Assembly: GCA_039831615.1 (NCBI GenBank) | Contig: JBDOMX010000458.1 | Coordinates: 1 to 37,926, forward strand | DNA from: Planctomycetaceae bacterium | GTDB lineage: Bacteria; Planctomycetota; Planctomycetia; Planctomycetales; Planctomycetaceae | Direction: 5' to 3' | DNA length: 37,926 nt | In this document: positions 36,078-37,926 of the stretch, piece by piece | How the letters are laid out: every line of letters begins with the position of its first letter | Numbering within the stretch: position 1 is the first letter of the stretch | The notes under the pieces: generated by a model | What the model was told of the DNA's origin: nothing | Seen by the model: only the letters and a program-made list of their open reading frames with translations | The model's database searches: none | Program-made: the position numbers and the translations under genes

Positions 36078-37926
36078 TCAGTGGTCCTGCGTCGTCACCG
36101 TTTTTTCTTCCCTCATTTCCTGAATCGCCCGTTTGTAGTCGACGGGCATCACTTTGACGAAATGGCTGAGCGCGGTGTCCCAGTCGTTCAGAATGCAGTT
36201 TGCGACTTCAGATCCGGTGTAACGCTGGTGATTGGAAATCAGTTGCTTGAGTTCATGAACGTCGTCGCCTGATTCCACGGGCTCCAGTTCAACCAGTTCC
36301 AGATTGCAGTTTACGAGAAATGTTTCACGAGGGTCGTAGACGTAGGCGATTCCCCCAGACATGCCCGCCGCAAAGTTGCGTCCCGTTGGCCCCAGGATGA
36401 TCGCGCGGCCTCCGGTCATATATTCGCACCCGTGATCGCCCACGCCTTCGATAACGGCCCGGGCGCCCGAGTTGCGAACACAAAACCGTTCCGCCGCGAT
36501 CCCTCGAAAATACGCTTCACCACTGGTTGCACCGTACAGACCCACGTTGCCGATGATCACGTTGTCCTCGGCCACGAAATCCGACGTCTTCGGCGGATAG
36601 ACAATTAACCGACCGCCGGAAAGGCCTTTTCCGGCGTAGTCATTCGCATCACCTTCAACTTCGATTGTGATGCCCTTCGCCAGCCACGCCCCGACACTTT
36701 GTCCGGCGGAGCCATTGGCTTTGATGTGGATCGTGTCGTCAGGCAGTCCGTGTTCACCGTGAGCGCGACTGACTTCATTACTCAGGATTGTTCCAAAGGC
36801 CCGATCGATGTTCTCGATATGTGTATCGACGCTGACAGGGCTGCCGGATTCCAGTGCCCGGCGGCATTTCTCCAGGAGTTCCATATCGCGGACATTTTCC
36901 AGGCCGTGTTTCTGGTCAATCGTACAGTACGTCTGGACGTCCGGGTGCGGCTTTCGCGCCGGTGTCAGGATCGCCGTCAGATCAATACTCTTCGCTTTCC
37001 AGTGTGCGACCTCTTCATCCAGTTCCAGCATATCGCTGCGTCCGACCATTTCGTCGATCGTACGGAATCCCAGTTGCGCCATGATTTCTCGCGTTTCCTC
37101 TGCCACCATGAACAGGTAATTTACAACGTGTTCCGGCTTGCCGCGGAACTTCGTGCGCAGCACGGGATCCTGCGTTGCTATGCCCACGGGACAGGTGTTC
37201 AGGTGGCATTTTCTCATCATGATGCAACCCATTGTAATAAGTGGAGCCGTGCTAAAACCGTACTCTTCGGCGCCCAGCAGTGTAGCAATGACCACGTCGC
37301 GACCGGTCTTGAGCTGGCCATCGGTCTGCAGCCGAACTCGGCTTCTCAGGTCATTCATCACCAGAGTCTGATGCGTCTCTGCGATCCCGAGTTCCCACGG
37401 CAAACCGGCATGCTTGATGCTGGTCAGCGGTGACGCACCCGTTCCGCCCTCACTGCCGGAGATCAGAATATTGTCGGCATGACCTTTGGCGACGCCGGAT
37501 GCGATCGTCCCGACACCCACTTCCGATACCAGCTTGACGCTGATCCGAGCTCGGCGGTTGGCATTCTTCAGGTCGTAGATCAGCTGGGCCAGATCTTCGA
37601 TGGAATAGATGTCGTGGTGCGGAGGCGGACTGATCAGTCCGACGCCCTTTGTGGACAGTCGCGTGTTGGCGATGACATCATCCACTTTGTAACCAGGCAG
37701 TTCTCCACCCTCACCTGGCTTGGCTCCCTGCGAGATCTTAATCTGCAGCTCATCACTGTTGGTAAGGTACCAGCTGGTCACTCCAAACCGACCGCTTGCC
37801 ACCTGCTTGATCGCAGACCGTTTGCTGTCGCCGTTGTCCATTGGTTTGAATCGCTCATAGCGTTCGCCGCCTTCACCTGTGTTGCTCTTACCGCCCAACC
37901 GGTTCATGGCAATCGCGAGGATCGCG
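36078..37926 (-). CDS. gltB: glutamate synthase large subunit, C-terminal part (the 5' end lies beyond the window)
   Basis: The FMN/synthase domain motifs are [32 protein letters not shown] and [11 protein letters not shown]. The GXGXG domain has [12 protein letters not shown] and GMSGGIAYV. The ORF stays open to the window edge. Confidence 0.95.
   Translation of the reverse strand, partial: AILAIAMNRLGGKSNTGEGGERYERFKPMDNGDSKRSAIKQVASGRFGVTSWYLTNSDELQIKISQGAKPGEGGELPGYKVDDVIANTRLSTKGVGLISPPPHHDIYSIEDLAQLIYDLKNANRRARISVKLVSEVGVGTIASGVAKGHADNILISGSEGGTGASPLTSIKHAGLPWELGIAETHQTLVMNDLRSRVRLQTDGQLKTGRDVVIATLLGAEEYGFSTAPLITMGCIMMRKCHLNTCPVGIATQDPVLRTKFRGKPEHVVNYLFMVAEETREIMAQLGFRTIDEMVGRSDMLELDEEVAHWKAKSIDLTAILTPARKPHPDVQTYCTIDQKHGLENVRDMELLEKCRRALESGSPVSVDTHIENIDRAFGTILSNEVSRAHGEHGLPDDTIHIKANGSAGQSVGAWLAKGITIEVEGDANDYAGKGLSGGRLIVYPPKTSDFVAEDNVIIGNVGLYGATSGEAYFRGIAAERFCVRNSGARAVIEGVGDHGCEYMTGGRAIILGPTGRNFAAGMSGGIAYVYDPRETFLVNCNLELVELEPVESGDDVHELKQLISNHQRYTGSEVANCILNDWDTALSHFVKVMPVDYKRAIQEMREEKTVTTQDH

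Noticed and set aside
1-37926. A window-wide look for CRISPR repeats, IS or transposase genes, integrases, tRNA/rRNA genes, toxin-antitoxin pairs and known defence genes.
   Set aside because: I saw no regularly spaced direct repeats. None of the ORF translations shows transposase, recombinase, Cas, restriction-enzyme or reverse-transcriptase motifs.

Overview
The window is a gene-dense chromosomal segment. Gene content and protein style suggest a Planctomycetota-type genome: a cytochrome b fused to a dihaem cytochrome c, a tail-anchored Ser/Thr kinase, a 1568-aa PQQ-like beta-propeller protein and cpa/tad genes. The taxon is an inference. I recognised no rRNA, tRNA, CRISPR array, transposase, integrase or phage genes.

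Gene order, left to right:
- A small hypothetical protein.
- A membrane protein with two Tim44-like domains, two zinc ribbons and a TerB-like domain.
- A tightly packed five-gene exopolysaccharide operon: a chain-length determinant fused to a BY-kinase, a DUF3473-type deacetylase, a glycosyltransferase, an O-antigen-ligase-like polymerase and an unknown protein.
- A 1.5-kb decayed, gene-poor gap.
- A Rieske protein and the cytochrome b/c fusion.
- A Ser/Thr kinase, a small Sm-like ORF and hisC.
- A stand-alone PolB-exo-like 3'-5' exonuclease.
- The giant beta-propeller protein, on the minus strand.
- A partial cpa/tad module, cpaA-cpaB-cpaC-cpaE.
- A minus-strand pair: a YHS-like membrane protein and a fused multi-TM/spermidine-synthase-like protein.
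- An orphan ABC ATPase.
- gltD and the 3' part of gltB.

The best candidates for something undescribed:
1. The truncated secretin module. It has no pilin, ATPase or platform genes and a degenerate CpaE P-loop, and it is transcribed divergently from the giant propeller protein.
2. The YHS-like plus multi-TM/aminopropyltransferase-like operon.
3. The exosortase-A-style EPS gene set, which has no exosortase and ends in an unknown 499-aa protein.
4. The double-Tim44/zinc-ribbon/TerB protein.

All functional calls come from reading motifs in the supplied translations. No database search was run.
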